64,000 nt of DNA. It comes from Curvularia clavata (Eukaryota). The stretch spans positions 2,666,001 through 2,730,000 of the forward strand of contig CP089276.1 in the NCBI GenBank assembly GCA_023920165.1. The letters run 5' to 3'. The notes beneath the pieces are model-generated. The model was not told the origin of the DNA, did no database searches, and saw nothing but the letters and a program-made list of their open reading frames with translations. Of this stretch, positions 51,300-64,000 are shown in pieces. The position numbers were made by a program, and so were the translations under genes. Position 1 is the first letter of the stretch, and each line of letters begins with the position of its first letter.

Positions 51300-54200
51300 T
51301 TACTGCGACAGTCTATTGCCAATGAGCGTACTGAAACTTTCGCCTGCTGGTCGCGGGTCCTTGCCGGAACCCAGGTAGAATTCACAGCGGAACTTGAGGC
51401 ACTCGGTTCCGCGTGAGTCGTGGTATACCTGAACGATGTCACCAGTGTGCAAGTGACCAAATAGCGCACGTCCCTTTTCATCTTTCTGTCGGAGGTGCTT
51501 GCCGTTAATGGAGATGCCATGAGTAGCACATGTCCAGATGCCGACGTGCAGATCTTGTAAGCTGGTCCAGTCCTTGCCCTGTTGGGATAGGTTGTCAACA
51601 GTCTCCTGGGACTGGCCACCAGGCGAGTAAAAGAAGATGATGAATGCTGTTTTTGGGATACGCGTGTCGCGGCTATGCTCATATACAATGGTATTGTTTG
51701 CGAGCCGGCCCCACGAGGTTTTGCTCTGGGTGATGTTGAGGGTCAGGTTGGGCGCGAACGAATCTGACGTCGCCACAAGCTTGCCTAAACGCCTTGGAGG
51801 TGGGCGAAAGTTGAGTTCAGCAGGGACAGAAGGTATTTCAGCAGCAGGTGAAGGTGCTGCTGCGACACTCGATGCCCTTGATGTCCCGCTTGTCTGCGAT
51901 ACGGCTGCCGTATCGGGATACGCGGACGTCTCGCTTGTAGCGTCTCTGTGCATGGATACAAAGTCTCGTCCGCTTATCCTAGATGCGTACTCCAGATTGT
52001 GCGTATTAGGATCCCTTGGGTCGTAATAGTAGGATGCAGTGACCGGAAGCTCAATCAGTCGATTCATTCCGGATGGTCGTGCTTTCGGAGTCGGCTCGCT
52101 CACTTGGCTAAAGTCCTTAGATGAATGCTCTAAGGAGCTGTGCTGAACAACCTCCGGTGTCTTGGGAGTTACTGGCATTACAGGACTTTGCGTTCGGGAA
52201 ACTGGAGAATGCGGTGAGGTCATGTTGAGATCTCTCACGAGCGACTCGGTACCCAACAGACTAGGTGATGACAAACCCCGGTTTAGTCGTGCAGGCGCGG
52301 TGAAGGGCCCTCCGTGGTGCTGTGAACCAGCTCCAGCGTGACTCAACCCTGCAGCGTCATCATCTTGAGCACTCTGAACAGATTCTTCGCGCGACAAAGC
52401 ATCATTGGCGTGTGCACTCAGTACTCCCGAGCTTTCCAAAGCAGACTGTCCAATTTCGCCGAAGAGACGAGGTTGCCTAGGTGTTGGCATGACTTGGAAG
52501 CTCTCACCTTCGTTAACGAGATGGGAGGATGTAAAAGAGGGCTCAACACTCGAATCATCGCGGTCCCTGACATGATGCCGGGGATACAAGGGGTCGGCAC
52601 GAACTCTTTTTGGCCGTCGCTCTGTGACAAAGCCCATTAGTTCTTCATCAGAGAGAACATCTGCTTCATCTTCAGATTCTGGGATCTCCTCCTGAAGGCT
52701 AAGTTGTGATAACTGCTGCTCGGGTTCTTCTTCCTCCTCTTCCTCTTCATCCTCCTCGATAATCGACTGCAAGACGGGGTCAGCAGGGATGGTTGCACCG
52801 TCCTTTAGCCATGGATGGTTCAGACAGTCACGATCGGTGGGTCGTTCGGCAGGATCAGTCCGCAGCATCCGCATCAAAAGGTCGATACACGCGGCTGAAA
52901 CACCCGCTTTCCGGAGAGGAGTCGGGTCCAGTGGAGTGCCCATAATATTGTTGTACATAGCCTCGCCCGTGGCGTCGGCAATGCCCCTGAAGGGAGGCTC
53001 GCCACTGAGTGCATACCACAAGACTCCCCCAAATGACCATATGTCCACCGAGGAGCTGTAGGAATGATACACCTTGGCCCCGCGTCGACGTTTGGTACCT
53101 TTTGATTGCCCGTTGAAGTCGGGGAACACCTCAGGAGCACAGTACAGTAATGTGCCGCAAAAGGTCTTGAGAAATGTTTCCTCGTGTTTGACAACTTTAG
53201 ACAATCCAAAATCTGATAGCTTGACGGTGAAGGGATCAAAGTCGGCGATGAGAATGTTGTCGGGCTTAATGTCACGATGAGTGATCTTAGCTCGATGCAG
53301 GTAAGTAAGGGCGTTAAGAATCTGCTGAGCCATGCTCCTGGCAGTGTCTTCCTTCATCGTGCCGTATTGATTGAGGTAGCCCTGTAGATCGCCTTGCCTG
53401 ACAAACTCCATGATGATGTACAAATAGTCGCCTTGGTCGTAGTATTCGACAAACTCTACGATGTTGGGGTGTCGTAGATCTTGCATGATCTTCATTTCGT
53501 TGTCGATCTTCTTGTCAAGCATACCATTCTTCATGAACCGCCGCTTCTCAAGTTCCTTTGCGGCTAGCAGCTTGCCAGTCATCTTGGTTGCGAGCTGATA
53601 AACGGTAGCAAAAGCACCTTTACCAATCTGGCCTGGCAAGGGTTAGCATGTATCCGGCTTACGAAGGTGGTAGTACGCACCGATAATGTTGTAGTTTTGC
53701 CCACCGTCCCATTTCATAGAAGGTCCGCCAAACTGTTTCGTCACCCGCTGCACAACCTTTTTCTGTTCCTCGTCGGAATCGGGCGCACATTCTGTAATGA
53801 AGTTGCGGAGATTCTCCCGGAAGCGTTCCATATAGGATACTCTTGAAGGAATACGGACGATGAATTTGATCATCTCTGAATCGTTGGAGTTCTGTATACA
53901 GATGATGGAACCGGAGCTGAGCATTCGAATTTTGCTGAAGCGTGAGTCTTTGCATTTGAGAAGTGAGTCGTCAACAATAGTGCCGTTGGTGGACATATCT
54001 TCGATCATGAGCAGACCATCCATGTTGAGGTAGATTCGGAAATGCTGGTTGCTGATCCTCTTGCCAGAGTCCTGGCCAAAGATGATGTCAGAGCTCTGAT
54101 GATTGCGCCCGAATATGAAACCAAGCTTCTTGAACTTGAGCTTCTTTGCAGATGATAGGCGAAGGGCTAGGTCGGCCCCGACGCGGGAGCCCTGTTCAGG

Positions 54201-54479
54201 ATATTCTTCGCGCGCGTTGATAATGAAAGTCTCCTGCTCCTCGACGTCGTCGATCGATCCACTCATCGAATCCAAAGAATTCCGAAACAGCACATGCTCA
54301 GGCCTGTTTTGTGCTGCGTTCTCGACGATCTTGATCGCAGTCGGTGTAGCTGGATGAAGGATAACGAGAACATCTGAGATGTCACAGTCGTTCAAACCAG
54401 AGTTGTTTCTGCCTAAGCGTCGAGGATCCAACACTTGTTGTGTGGCAGGCTGAGTCTGCTGTGACGGCTCATTCTCCAT
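51300..54479 (-). CDS. Rad53/Chk2-like checkpoint kinase (SQ/TQ - FHA - kinase - FHA-like)
   Basis: N-terminal SQQTQPATQQ, FHA 'FIFGRN...ISNQHF...DMSTNGT', intron 53633-53680, kinase GKGAFA/HRDIKPDN/DFG/TFCGT, C-terminal 'WGR...RIPK...THGISING'. Confidence 0.88.
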
Positions 54480-56126
54480 GACGAATACAGAGCAGCGTTT
54501 ATTGATTCCGAGTATAAAGAATAGCTCCGCTAGCTGTGTTCGAAATGTAGGAGGAGGTGTACCCGGTGAGGTTCAAGGCGAGGGGGTATGTGGCTTTGAG
54601 CACACACAGAGTGAGCGGAGGTGATGGGGCGCGGCTTTAGGTATTTATAGAGGTGGTAGCGCGTTGCGGGGTATCGCGGTATCTGTACGATGAGGGTCTA
54701 GTGCAGGCTGGGTTGTTTGCGTTGATAGCAGAGCAGGCGATCACTTAGTTGTAGGCACGCAATGGGGCCGTGCGCGCGGTGGGTGAATGAACCAGGCTGA
54801 AGGGCTTCTTCGGTAATGGCACAGAACGGTCTGAGCGAGGCCCTGTAGAGAGCGCAGTATTGGTTTTACGTTTTCCAATTCAATGGGACGTAGCAGTGAC
54901 TCATCAGAGTCCAACAGCAGCAACTCTACTCCTGAACGTTTCTTTTGTGACACGATCCTTCACCACCTGTCGTTCTATAGTCCGCCAGATGGATACCGCG
55001 CTTAGCACAGCTTCTTGTCAAAATAAACTTGACAATGTGATAGCCTGCGCTCTGGATTTGGGTGTATTAATGGCGTCCTGCACCTGGGACGATGCGGAGA
55101 ATCGGAACGAAATATGCCCTGATGGATGGGGTTTTGAACGTGCGAGGCAAACAGCAAAGGCGGGGGAAACACAGAGTATATGGTACAGCGATGCGACGGC
55201 AGCGGCTAAGGTGCGTGCTGCATACGTAAAAACAGCGAGAGCTGATGTTTGCCTTCCTAGACAAGGCAAGGAGCGAAGAGGTGGGATGGGACGATGCGAA
55301 GGGTTGCCCTGGGGATAGGCTCTGTGGCAGAGGGGTCAGCGTGAAAGTTCTTCTACTCTCATCCGTTCGCGCAATTGCAATTGAGGCAGTGACACACCTT
55401 ACTAGCAGAACCAAAGCGAACACCTGACACGTCGAAGGTGAATGGAAGCAGCTTTCGTCTCGTCGCGCGGGTTGCGAGGCTTTGGAAGCGGCCCGCGCGT
55501 GTACCCTGATTGGTTGAAGTCCCTCTAAAGTGGGTCTTTCCCCTGCGCAAGGCAGCAATCGGCGGTGCTGTTTTGCCCCGTAAATGGCAGTCACGTGTTT
55601 TCGCGTTACCGTGCGACCAGCTCACCGCGCCTCTCTTGACGTCATATTGTCTCCTTGCATAATCTACGCAAGATAGACTTACTAGATGTCTTAAAACGCT
55701 AGTTTAATAATATCAAGCAACTATACGAATTCAAGTTTGGCAGCTTCCACGTGTTATCGTCATTGGTGATAATGAATTACAGTCACTCCAAATACTATTG
55801 CCACTGTTGACAGACTTACCAGGATTCTGAAATGGCTTCGCCCACCACAACACCGCACGAGTCCACTAAAGCAATTTTTGTATTAGTGAGCATACTTGCA
55901 TATACTCTAAGACAAATGTAATAAACTTTATGTGAAAAGCAGAAGAGATCTAAAGAAAAAATACTTGCAGATATTCTGAGATAAATGCAACGAACACTGT
56001 AAGAAAACTGTTTAGTGGTACTGAATCCTGGTATTCTTGTCAATAGGTGCTTTGCATCTCGAAAGACGTTCTCACGGAATTTTTTCAAACAGCAGGTCAA
56101 CGACCAGATTTCGCCATTATGACGGC

Positions 56127-58491
56127 TTACACAAGCTCTATGTCGAATACAGGACGTGGGCCGTGGGTCATTCCGTCCATCCATCCATCTACATAGCAGT
56201 CGCCGATGATCTCGTATCTATACCTGTCCACAGTCTCATACATGCCCTCCTCGCCCTTCTGTAGCCTAGTCGTAAATCCACGTGGGCGCAAAATAAATGG
56301 CGTCTTTCCCCCAGGTAGAAGACATATTTCATCGCCAACAGCCATGTCTGCAGGTCCCAACCCAATCGCTAGACTGCCGTAGATTAACCGTCGCGACAGT
56401 GTTGCTATACTTATCGATCGCTCTATACTGGGAATCTGGCTTTTCTCCCTATCTGAATATAGGCATGTATCGGCCCCATAATGGTCTCTGAGCGCCTGGT
56501 AGACGGTCAGGTAGAGAGTCCTCCAGTCGAATGAAGACTTGCGATCCCCTGACCTGAATTCCAGGATATCCGGCTCAGGAAATTGCATCAAATCATGTAT
56601 TGCATTGTATGCAGCGTCGAGATCTTCCAAATGACTAGGAATATATTCGTTGGGCGCATTCGGCTCCTCGTCGTTTATTTCTGTGGGCCACGTGGAGAGG
56701 AAGAGGCTCCATAATTCTGCTTTGCTAGACCAATTGCTAGCCAATTCTCTGTTTTCCCGGGTGCTAAAAGGGGACAAGCTCGAGTATTTTGCCCATGTTT
56801 CAAAAGCGGACATGTCATCAGGTTGCACTTTTCGTGTGCTCCCTGTTGTTATGTGTTCCTGTATGACGTCTGCACACATCGCCTTCCAAAATTCGTACAT
56901 GTATATTCTTTGTGATGGTTTCCTGTTCTCACCCGTCTTCGACGGCCGCTCGTCCTCGGGTACACATAATTGTTCCAGCCACAAATAAAACCATTGGTTG
57001 AGCGTCTTTCGGCTATAAGAAGGATCTTCACCCCACATGATCTCACCCACTCGCTCCACTGTGGTGATTCTCGTGGCTCTCAGACGGAGCTTCGCGCCTT
57101 CTATTGGTACGATTGAGGCTGGTGTGGCTTCTTCCATGGATGCCTTATAATGCTTGATCATATTTGCTCTCGAGCGATACAGATGACCTCCTGGAGCACC
57201 CCAATCAGGAACCCATGACGCCAAGTCGCTTCTGAACTTTCTGCCTAGTTCTGTACTAAACACTGAGAGTGATTTGGTAGAGTATATCGACACCAACGTT
57301 GCTATGCGGAAAACCTCGGCTTCACTCAACGAGTAATCTGGTGCTAAGAGATCTAGTCCTGGCAGAAGCCGGGCCATGCTCAGCAGAGCGTATACCTTAT
57401 CTCTGGGGTCAGATGCTCTCCTGTCTCGAAACTGGCTCAGCAAATCCAGTAGAGAGAGATGTGTACTTTGAGACCGATTCGCGTGGTAGCGCAATCGAAG
57501 ATCCTGTATTGCTGAGATGGTTTCAAAGCTGTTGCTAACAACACGTTCTTGATCGCGGGGCAAACCCCGGATGAACTCCCTACAACATGTATTACTGTGG
57601 ATTTTGTATTCATTCGCGGCCTTGGAAAACATAGTCCACGGCGCAGTAATCGTACCATACGATAATATGACGTGAGGAGGAAGTGCTACCTCTTGTACGG
57701 TCCATATCCGACTCCACCAGGGCGTGAATGGAGCATGCATAAACATCCTTAAAGCCTCAAAGAAGACTGATCGGATCTTCAGGTCGTTGTGGTTGCCAGA
57801 TTCTATCTCTGCTCCTTGGTGTTCGATACGCAAGGGTAATGTCTCGTGGAAGTGCTTGGAATTGCTCAGTTTGTGGAAAAACTCAAACACATCGTGTAAC
57901 GTTCTATTACGTTGTGTTTCCATGTTCCTGCAAGTTTGAGCATATATATCGATTGCACCAAAGTCCAGAACTGGTGCTGGCTCAGTAGTTGCTCCGGGAT
58001 TGCCATCGAGGCTTTGTCCAAGATAAACCAGACACTCCCGGCAAAGCTCGTAGATGCGTCCCATGATCTCTACTTGACGGGTTCTTTCTTCACTGTCTGC
58101 CTGGTTGATGCATCTGGTGCAAGAGCATGGCAGTATTAGAGGTTTGTAGGTATGTAGCGATCGGCAGTACTCACAGTGCGTCGACCCACAGGACCAACCC
58201 ATCTTTGTACTTTACTCGCAGATGTCTCAATGCGGTCTCTAGATTCAAGGTTACGGGGTAATTACGGCCGTTGAGTCGGATGGACCGCATATTAAATCGT
58301 GAACCCCATACGTAAGAGAGTGCTCGGTACTCCACTGTTCCGAGACAGACATTGTTGAGTTCGCAAACAATGGGATCGGTCCATTTACCAGGCTGCAACC
58401 ACAAGACCCTGATCTCATCTGTCATCAACGATTTCCCGGGATATATTGGTTTCTCTGGCTCTCTTAGTGCACTAGAAGGTGAGAGGAACAT
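56127..58491 (-). CDS. HET-domain (heterokaryon incompatibility, HET-6-like) protein
   Basis: 'YRALSYVWG...VTLNLETALRHLR...LWVDAL|CINQAD..ERTRQVEIMGRIY', 'WWSRIWTVQE', 'ASDPRDKVYALL', 'SWVPDW', 'IIGDCYVDGWMDG'; one intron about 58114-58174. Confidence 0.9.
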
Positions 58492-59118
58492 GTTTTCATG
58501 TCACTATGGTTATATTGGCACGAGATATGGTACAGAGGGATAGAAGTGTTTTAGTGATGCTCGAGAAATGAGCGGGATGGTAATTCAGGAGGCCCACAGG
58601 GCTGGCGGCCCTGCGTAGGACTGCCCCGCATGTCAGACATACTAGAAACCAATCAACGACAGGCTGACCCTCGCTTTCCAAGGCATCCTAGGGGAGACAG
58701 ATTTAACACTTGAATACGCAAGCATCAATATACCTGGCCACCCGCGTATTCGTCAAAATCTACTATCAGTTCTATTTTCATTAGGGTGACTTCTTGATGG
58801 ACCAGGTGAGAGGGATGGTAAGCTCTCAACCAGACTCATCTTTTGATCAAACGCAGTATATGGGAGTTCGAAGGTGTGAGCATGTCCGATATTCTCAAAT
58901 GTAATTCGATAGAATGAAGTTTGAAGTCAAACACATCACCGCGTGAGGTAGAAACACCTGGAGGGCGATCTCTCTCATGGATCTTACCCGATGCGGCATA
59001 GCCTGCCGGAAGTGACATCTGGCTCCAACCAGATGTACCAGAAGTCCGCAACCAGCTCCACGTAGTGTGTATCCTCTCAATCGCATTCACGCCTCACATC
59101 GCACCTGGTTGCGGCGAT

Positions 59119-60893
59119 ATGAGAGGCATATGGGCCCTTCCGGCCGTGTTGCGCATCGCGCTTGCGAGCCAACACGCATTCAGTGTCTTCGACGACTTAC
59201 TCGCTTTTCCACAGGTATGACGCACTACGACGACCTTCTGCAAACACCGCTAAAACACCCCACAGTATGAAGTTCTATGGCCGGATACATTTGTCACCGA
59301 GAACGAGGCGACATCTCTACTTGCAAGCGGATCACCTAGCCCCAGCTCCACGACGCCAGGAGCGCAAGAAACGCAAGAACTGTCCAAGCGCGATAAGCCT
59401 GTGGTGAACGGAAAGCCTATCGACGATGCACTAGAACACACATATGAGGCTGTTGTCCTGCACGGGCAGCGATACCTGTGCAGCATACCCATAATCCCCG
59501 AAGAGGTTCCTCAGAATGACACAACTTCTGCGGAAGAAGCTAAAGCAGAGGAAGAGAGGGAACTCATACGGGCAACAGATCGCGGGTGGGAGCTGCTTGA
59601 AGGCATGCGAGATAATTGCATATATTATTTGAGTGGATGGTGGAGTTACAGATTCTGTTACAAGGGCGAGGTCAAGCAATTCCATTCGCTTCCACCGGGT
59701 CGTGGAGTCCCCATATACCCCCCGGTAGAAGACGAGAGCGTGCACAGCTTCGTGCTCGGAAGATTCTCCAAGGAAGAGAAGAGCAAAAAGGCGGACGCAC
59801 GCAAGACGCTCGGAAACGAACAAGGCAGCAAGGAGGCCTTTGATGACGACGAAGTTGACGAAAAGGATGCTGAAGCCAACGGGTTGGAGCTGCCCAGACT
59901 GGAGACAAAAGGCTCGAGCAGATATATGGTCCAGCGATTGGCTCATGGCACTGTGTGCGATTTGACTGGCAAACCTCGCAAGATCGATGTTCAGGTGTGT
60001 TAATAACTTGATGGTCGTGGTGGATCCTGCCATTCTAACACCAAATCTAGTTCCACTGCAACCCGCAGTCTGCTGATCGCATTTCCATGGTGAAAGAGAC
60101 AAGCACATGCTCTTATCTCATGATCGTCGACACCCCCCGCCTTTGCAACGATGTTGCGTTTACGCCGCCACAAGAGAATTTCGCTCACCCTATAGTCTGT
60201 GAACCTGTCGTGGCAGAGTCAGAAGTGGAGTCTTGGACAGCAGCTCAGGAAGCTGTTCAACTAGCCGCGGCTGAGCGACTCATAGCTGCCGAAAACACTG
60301 GCGACGATGTTAATACAAACCCCCTCCGCGATATTACTAAAGGCCTCGAGGGCTCGACAAAGCGCGGTCCCATTATCGGCGGCATCGAAGTTGGCGCAAA
60401 GAAACTTGTCGGCAGCGAGGGAAAAGTGATTGAAAAATCACTAGTTGTCGGTGGTGGCAAGGAATCATTCATCATCGTAGCAAGTAGCGACGGAAAGCAA
60501 ATGACCAAGGAAGAGATGAAGAAACATGACATTGGGAACTTTAAAGACGTGGAGACATTCAAAAATACTTTGAGGAAGAAGGCGGGGAAGAAAGGGTGGA
60601 AATTGGTACTTGCGGATACGCTTCAAGGCAGAGAATTGAGAGGTATTATTGAATCCGACGATGAGGTTAGCGAGAAAAAGAACAAGAAGAAGAAAGAGAC
60701 TAGCAAGGACAAGGAGGATGAGAGTGCAGGGATGGGAAGGGAGAGGGAGAGGGAAAGGGAAAGGGAAAGGGAAAGGGAAAGGGAAAGGGAAAGGGAAAGG
60801 GAAAGGGAAAGGGAAAGAAAGCAGGACGCTAAGCAAAGCGAGGAGGAAGAGACTTACGAGGGGAGTGAAGAGGTGTACAAAGACGAATTGTGA
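59119..60893 (+). CDS. YOS9: OS-9/Yos9 ER lectin (ERAD)
   Basis: Signal peptide 'MRGIWALPAVLRIALASQHAFSVFDDLLAFPQ|YEV', MRH domain 'CIYYLSGWWSYRFCY...VKQFH', 'GTVCDLTGKPRKIDVQ|FHC', C-terminal KDEL. Confidence 0.92.
60738..60819 (+). repeat. Coding hexanucleotide microsatellite (AGGGAG)2(AGGGAA)11 encoding (RE)13
   Basis: Direct reading of the sequence. Confidence 0.95.
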
Positions 60894-61116
60894 AACAACA
60901 GACCTGCATGAGACTCTTTCAATGTTTCTGCAGTTGCATTTATGAATTCATGACTTGAAACTACTTCCAAATGCTCATTTCCGTCCCTCCATCGCCGCAT
61001 TGACTGTGAAGAGTAAGGCCAGTGGCAATGTTTTTCCATCACGAGAACGCTCAATCCCCATCATCGGATTGTAGACTTCAGCGTCTTTGCCAGAGCCATG
61101 TCGCATTGAACTCCTA

Positions 61117-61895
61117 CTAGCAAACACCATCCCTACAGCCATTCCACAAGAAACTGACTGTAATCTCTCCATCATTGACATTATTGCCTGGATAGATTGG
61201 GCAACTGCCACATTCTAGAACGCATGTGTTTAGCTGTGCTCCGCAATACTATATCAAGGAGAGGAAACTCACTCTTACAGCCGTGCTGCTTGATCATGCG
61301 AACCTTTTCCTTGACAACCATGGCACTTATTCTTTGACCACGGGTCAAATTCAGCGCGAACACGCAAAGACCAGCGCACTGATGAGCTACACAGCGAGCG
61401 GTGGAGTCGCAGGCGCTGCACGCAATCTGTTGACCTTGACGGTAGTATGTGTTGTCGGCTGTATAGAATACATGTTAAGGAGAGTCGCTTGCGCATAGCC
61501 AGCAAAGTGGATGGGACTTACCGATGAGTTCCAAGAGGTCAAGGATCTTGTCTATGTTGGTGTTGCAAGTAGAGCACCGGCCACTTCCGCGGCAACTGAC
61601 ACCAAGCAGTACAGAAGCGTCTTGTGGATTGGGCGAAGATTCTGGCACGGGCGGAGTCTCGATAGGATCATCGGGATTGACGGCACGAGAAATGAGGTCG
61701 TGAGGTTTATGCTTGTTACGGATGGCTTCGGTCATGACCTCGCTCGGAGGAGTGGCGGACAAATGAACGAAGCCGCCATCGTATCCTACTCATGAGTCAG
61801 TGTAATCAAACCGTTCTCGCGTTTGACTTACCTGAAGCTGAGGCGAGGGTGATCATGGCCCAGAAGAAAGCAGCTGAGATGAAGAGGAGCTTCAT
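61117..61895 (-). CDS. Secreted cysteine-rich KP4 killer-toxin-like protein (203 aa, 4 exons)
   Basis: Exons 61895-61832, 61785-61522, 61458-61273, 61214-61117 splice in frame (612 nt). Signal peptide MKLLFISAAFFWAMITLASAS; 'LGVSCRGSGRC' and 'HGCKKCGSCPIYPGNNVNDGEITVSF' match KP4-family motifs LGINCRGS..C and HGC..CGS.P....N.V..G.LTVNY. Confidence 0.85.
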
Positions 61896-64000
61896 CGTGA
61901 CGGTATTTGAGGTGTTTGCCGCAGTGCGTTGAGTGTTTTGCGGAAGTTCGAGAATGCGTAGAGGTGAAGAAACAAACAAACGAGGAAAAGGTCAGAAAAT
62001 ATAGAGTGCTGGCAAGTGAATGTGATGTCACGTGCTGTCTCGAGCAAACACGGCAAGTGCGAGCCTTATGACAGCCGCAGCAAACGGCTATTTTGGTGGC
62101 AACGGCCCGGTGCTATTGTGAGAAGGCTCTTTGTTTCCGAGTATTCATATCATAATATCTACTATTTCACCATCGAGCCATTACTCCTTGGGTTGATCGG
62201 GTGGGCCTCCTAGCAAAACAATTAATAAATACAGGTTTGGGCTGCAAGCTAGGTGGGGCGCTTGTCGGTCGTAGAAATCAGGAGTTTGATCTGGAAGGCA
62301 GGCGTTGGGTAGCTTCAGTATCTGGGGAGTTATTTGCTTGATTTTTGCTATTTTTGCTCTCTTTAGTAGTCAAACGGATACTAATATGATATTCTTGCCC
62401 ACTCCTCTAGTTGTGTGATACTTGTTTTATTGAATATCGTATGTTAAAATTGCTACACACGACTGTAATATGATACCATACTGCCCCTATAGTTTATGGA
62501 AAAAGAAGTTGGACACTACCTGATCCGCAGCCCTCAGGTAAAACCCCACAACTCTATCCTATTCCACCATATTCTCAAACATCCGACATGTCCCTTTGAG
62601 CATCCAGACCTCCTTCATTTCAACACCGCTATCTGCCTCTCTAAAGATCATCTACCACTCTACTTAATATAAGCGAATTCTCAAACTGTCTCTACTTCTC
62701 CATAATCATAAGATGTGCACTCAGTACAGCCACATACAAGGTATCCACCACAACCCCGCATTTAGCTTGACCTGCCCAGACGTGAGGTCTAAACAGGGAA
62801 ATAAAGATCCCACAAGGGTTTCTAGAGGTCAAGGTTTTGGCACGGGTAGACTAGGGGCGTGAAAATTGTTGGGACAAGAGACGCTGCTTTTGCCAGCATG
62901 ACGTGATGGAGGACAATTCACTTCTAGATGATGCTGAGTGCGATTGGGAGCGTTTTATGAATTCCCATGCGCCTAGGTATCTTGGTCCATATTCCTAGTC
63001 GGGTTAATGCTTGATGCAATCATCTTTGCCTGTTGCCCGTTCATGGAGATGCTGAGCGAAACATTCAACCACAGCCGCGCAGTGACAACGAAGTCCGCGT
63101 ATAATCATGGGGCGGAAAAACAAGGCTGAAGACCTCTGCGAGATGAAGCGGTGAAAGATAATGTTAATCTACCAATGTCACGATGCCAACAATGACCTTA
63201 CCGGTACCGTGGATGAAGACCTGAGGGAAAGGGGGGTTGGATAAGATCATCATTAGCATATGGCGCTTATGATGGGGGTATTCGCTGTCAACAAGGCAGG
63301 ACTGAGACAGCATGTCGTGCGTCAATCGAGTTCAATCCACTAAAATAGACGCGGGATTCTACACCTGAGAGCGTGGTCGTCAAATGGTCATGGCGATCAT
63401 GGTGTCTGAGGGTGTTATGTAGGGCGCCTTGCTTCCTGAAAGTCTGAGGCTGTTGGCTTGTTTAAAATTCAGTGTCGCACAGCATCTGCTGCTGCATTAA
63501 CATGTCATATGATAACGCGCCAGCGCGCTAAGGATATACTGTGGTGTACAGCGAATGGTGGCCGTCTCCTTACGGTTGAACCACTGTGTTGTACAGCAAT
63601 AACGACGGAAGCTGTAGTCGGCGCTTAGCTGTGGCTAGCACAATCCCATTGCACTCTTGTTGCGCGATGAATCTTTCACAATCTCTTTGAGCCAGGGTTG
63701 ATAGCTGAGTAGTGAGCTGTGCCGATGGATGGGTAGCTATGGTGGGGCCAAAGATCAAGCGAGCTCCTTAGAAGTTTTCTTCGTGACCAGCTCCGACCCC
63801 TTTTCCTCCAGCTGCACTACAAACTCAACTTTGTTTTCTAGCTCCTGTCTTGAGGTCCTACTCTGGAATGCTATTGCGTCAGTTTTTTTCAATGCCAGTC
63901 GAGCCGCTGCCTGGGTTGCAAGGCTCCATTCAACCTTTCGAAGGATTCCCTCGGTGATGTGTGTCTGCACACCCTCTCGAACCCCTGGCTTATTTGCTTC

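Noticed and set aside
54741..55625. Short ORFs upstream of the Rad53-like gene
   Set aside because: No motifs; probably promoter or 5' UTR.
60738..60819. Telomere-like or CRISPR-like repeat
   Set aside because: The unit is AGGGAA, not TTAGGG; it has no spacers and lies in frame within YOS9.
62500..64000. Possible gene remnant or 3' end of a minus-strand gene (63570-63970)
   Set aside because: Truncated by the window edge, short ORFs in different frames, no recognisable family.

Overview
Fungal (Dothideomycete, most likely Curvularia/Cochliobolus/Bipolaris-type) genomic DNA with spliced genes; exon boundaries were read manually from GT..AG sites. About 0.8-29.6 kb is a compact 12-gene emodin/chrysophanol-type anthraquinone cluster: AflJ/MdpA-like coactivator, EthD decarboxylase, AflR-like Zn2Cys6 factor, PDR-type ABC transporter, an SDR nearly identical (from recall) to Cochliobolus lunatus '17beta-HSD', MdpK-like reductase, scytalone-dehydratase-like enzyme, two DUF1772 anthrone oxygenases, metallo-beta-lactamase thioesterase, TE-less NR-PKS and a P450. 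A shared TCGG-N6-CCGA palindrome lies in three of its promoters. The rest holds an NDP-glucose 4,6-dehydratase, SEC9, AMS1, a DUF5872/Hva1-Tudor-like protein, RIM15, a RIP-like degenerate duplication, a Rad53-like kinase, a HET-domain gene, YOS9 with an (RE)13 microsatellite, and a 4-exon secreted KP4 killer-toxin-like gene that the ORF track shows only as fragments. Family names come from motif recognition, not database searches.
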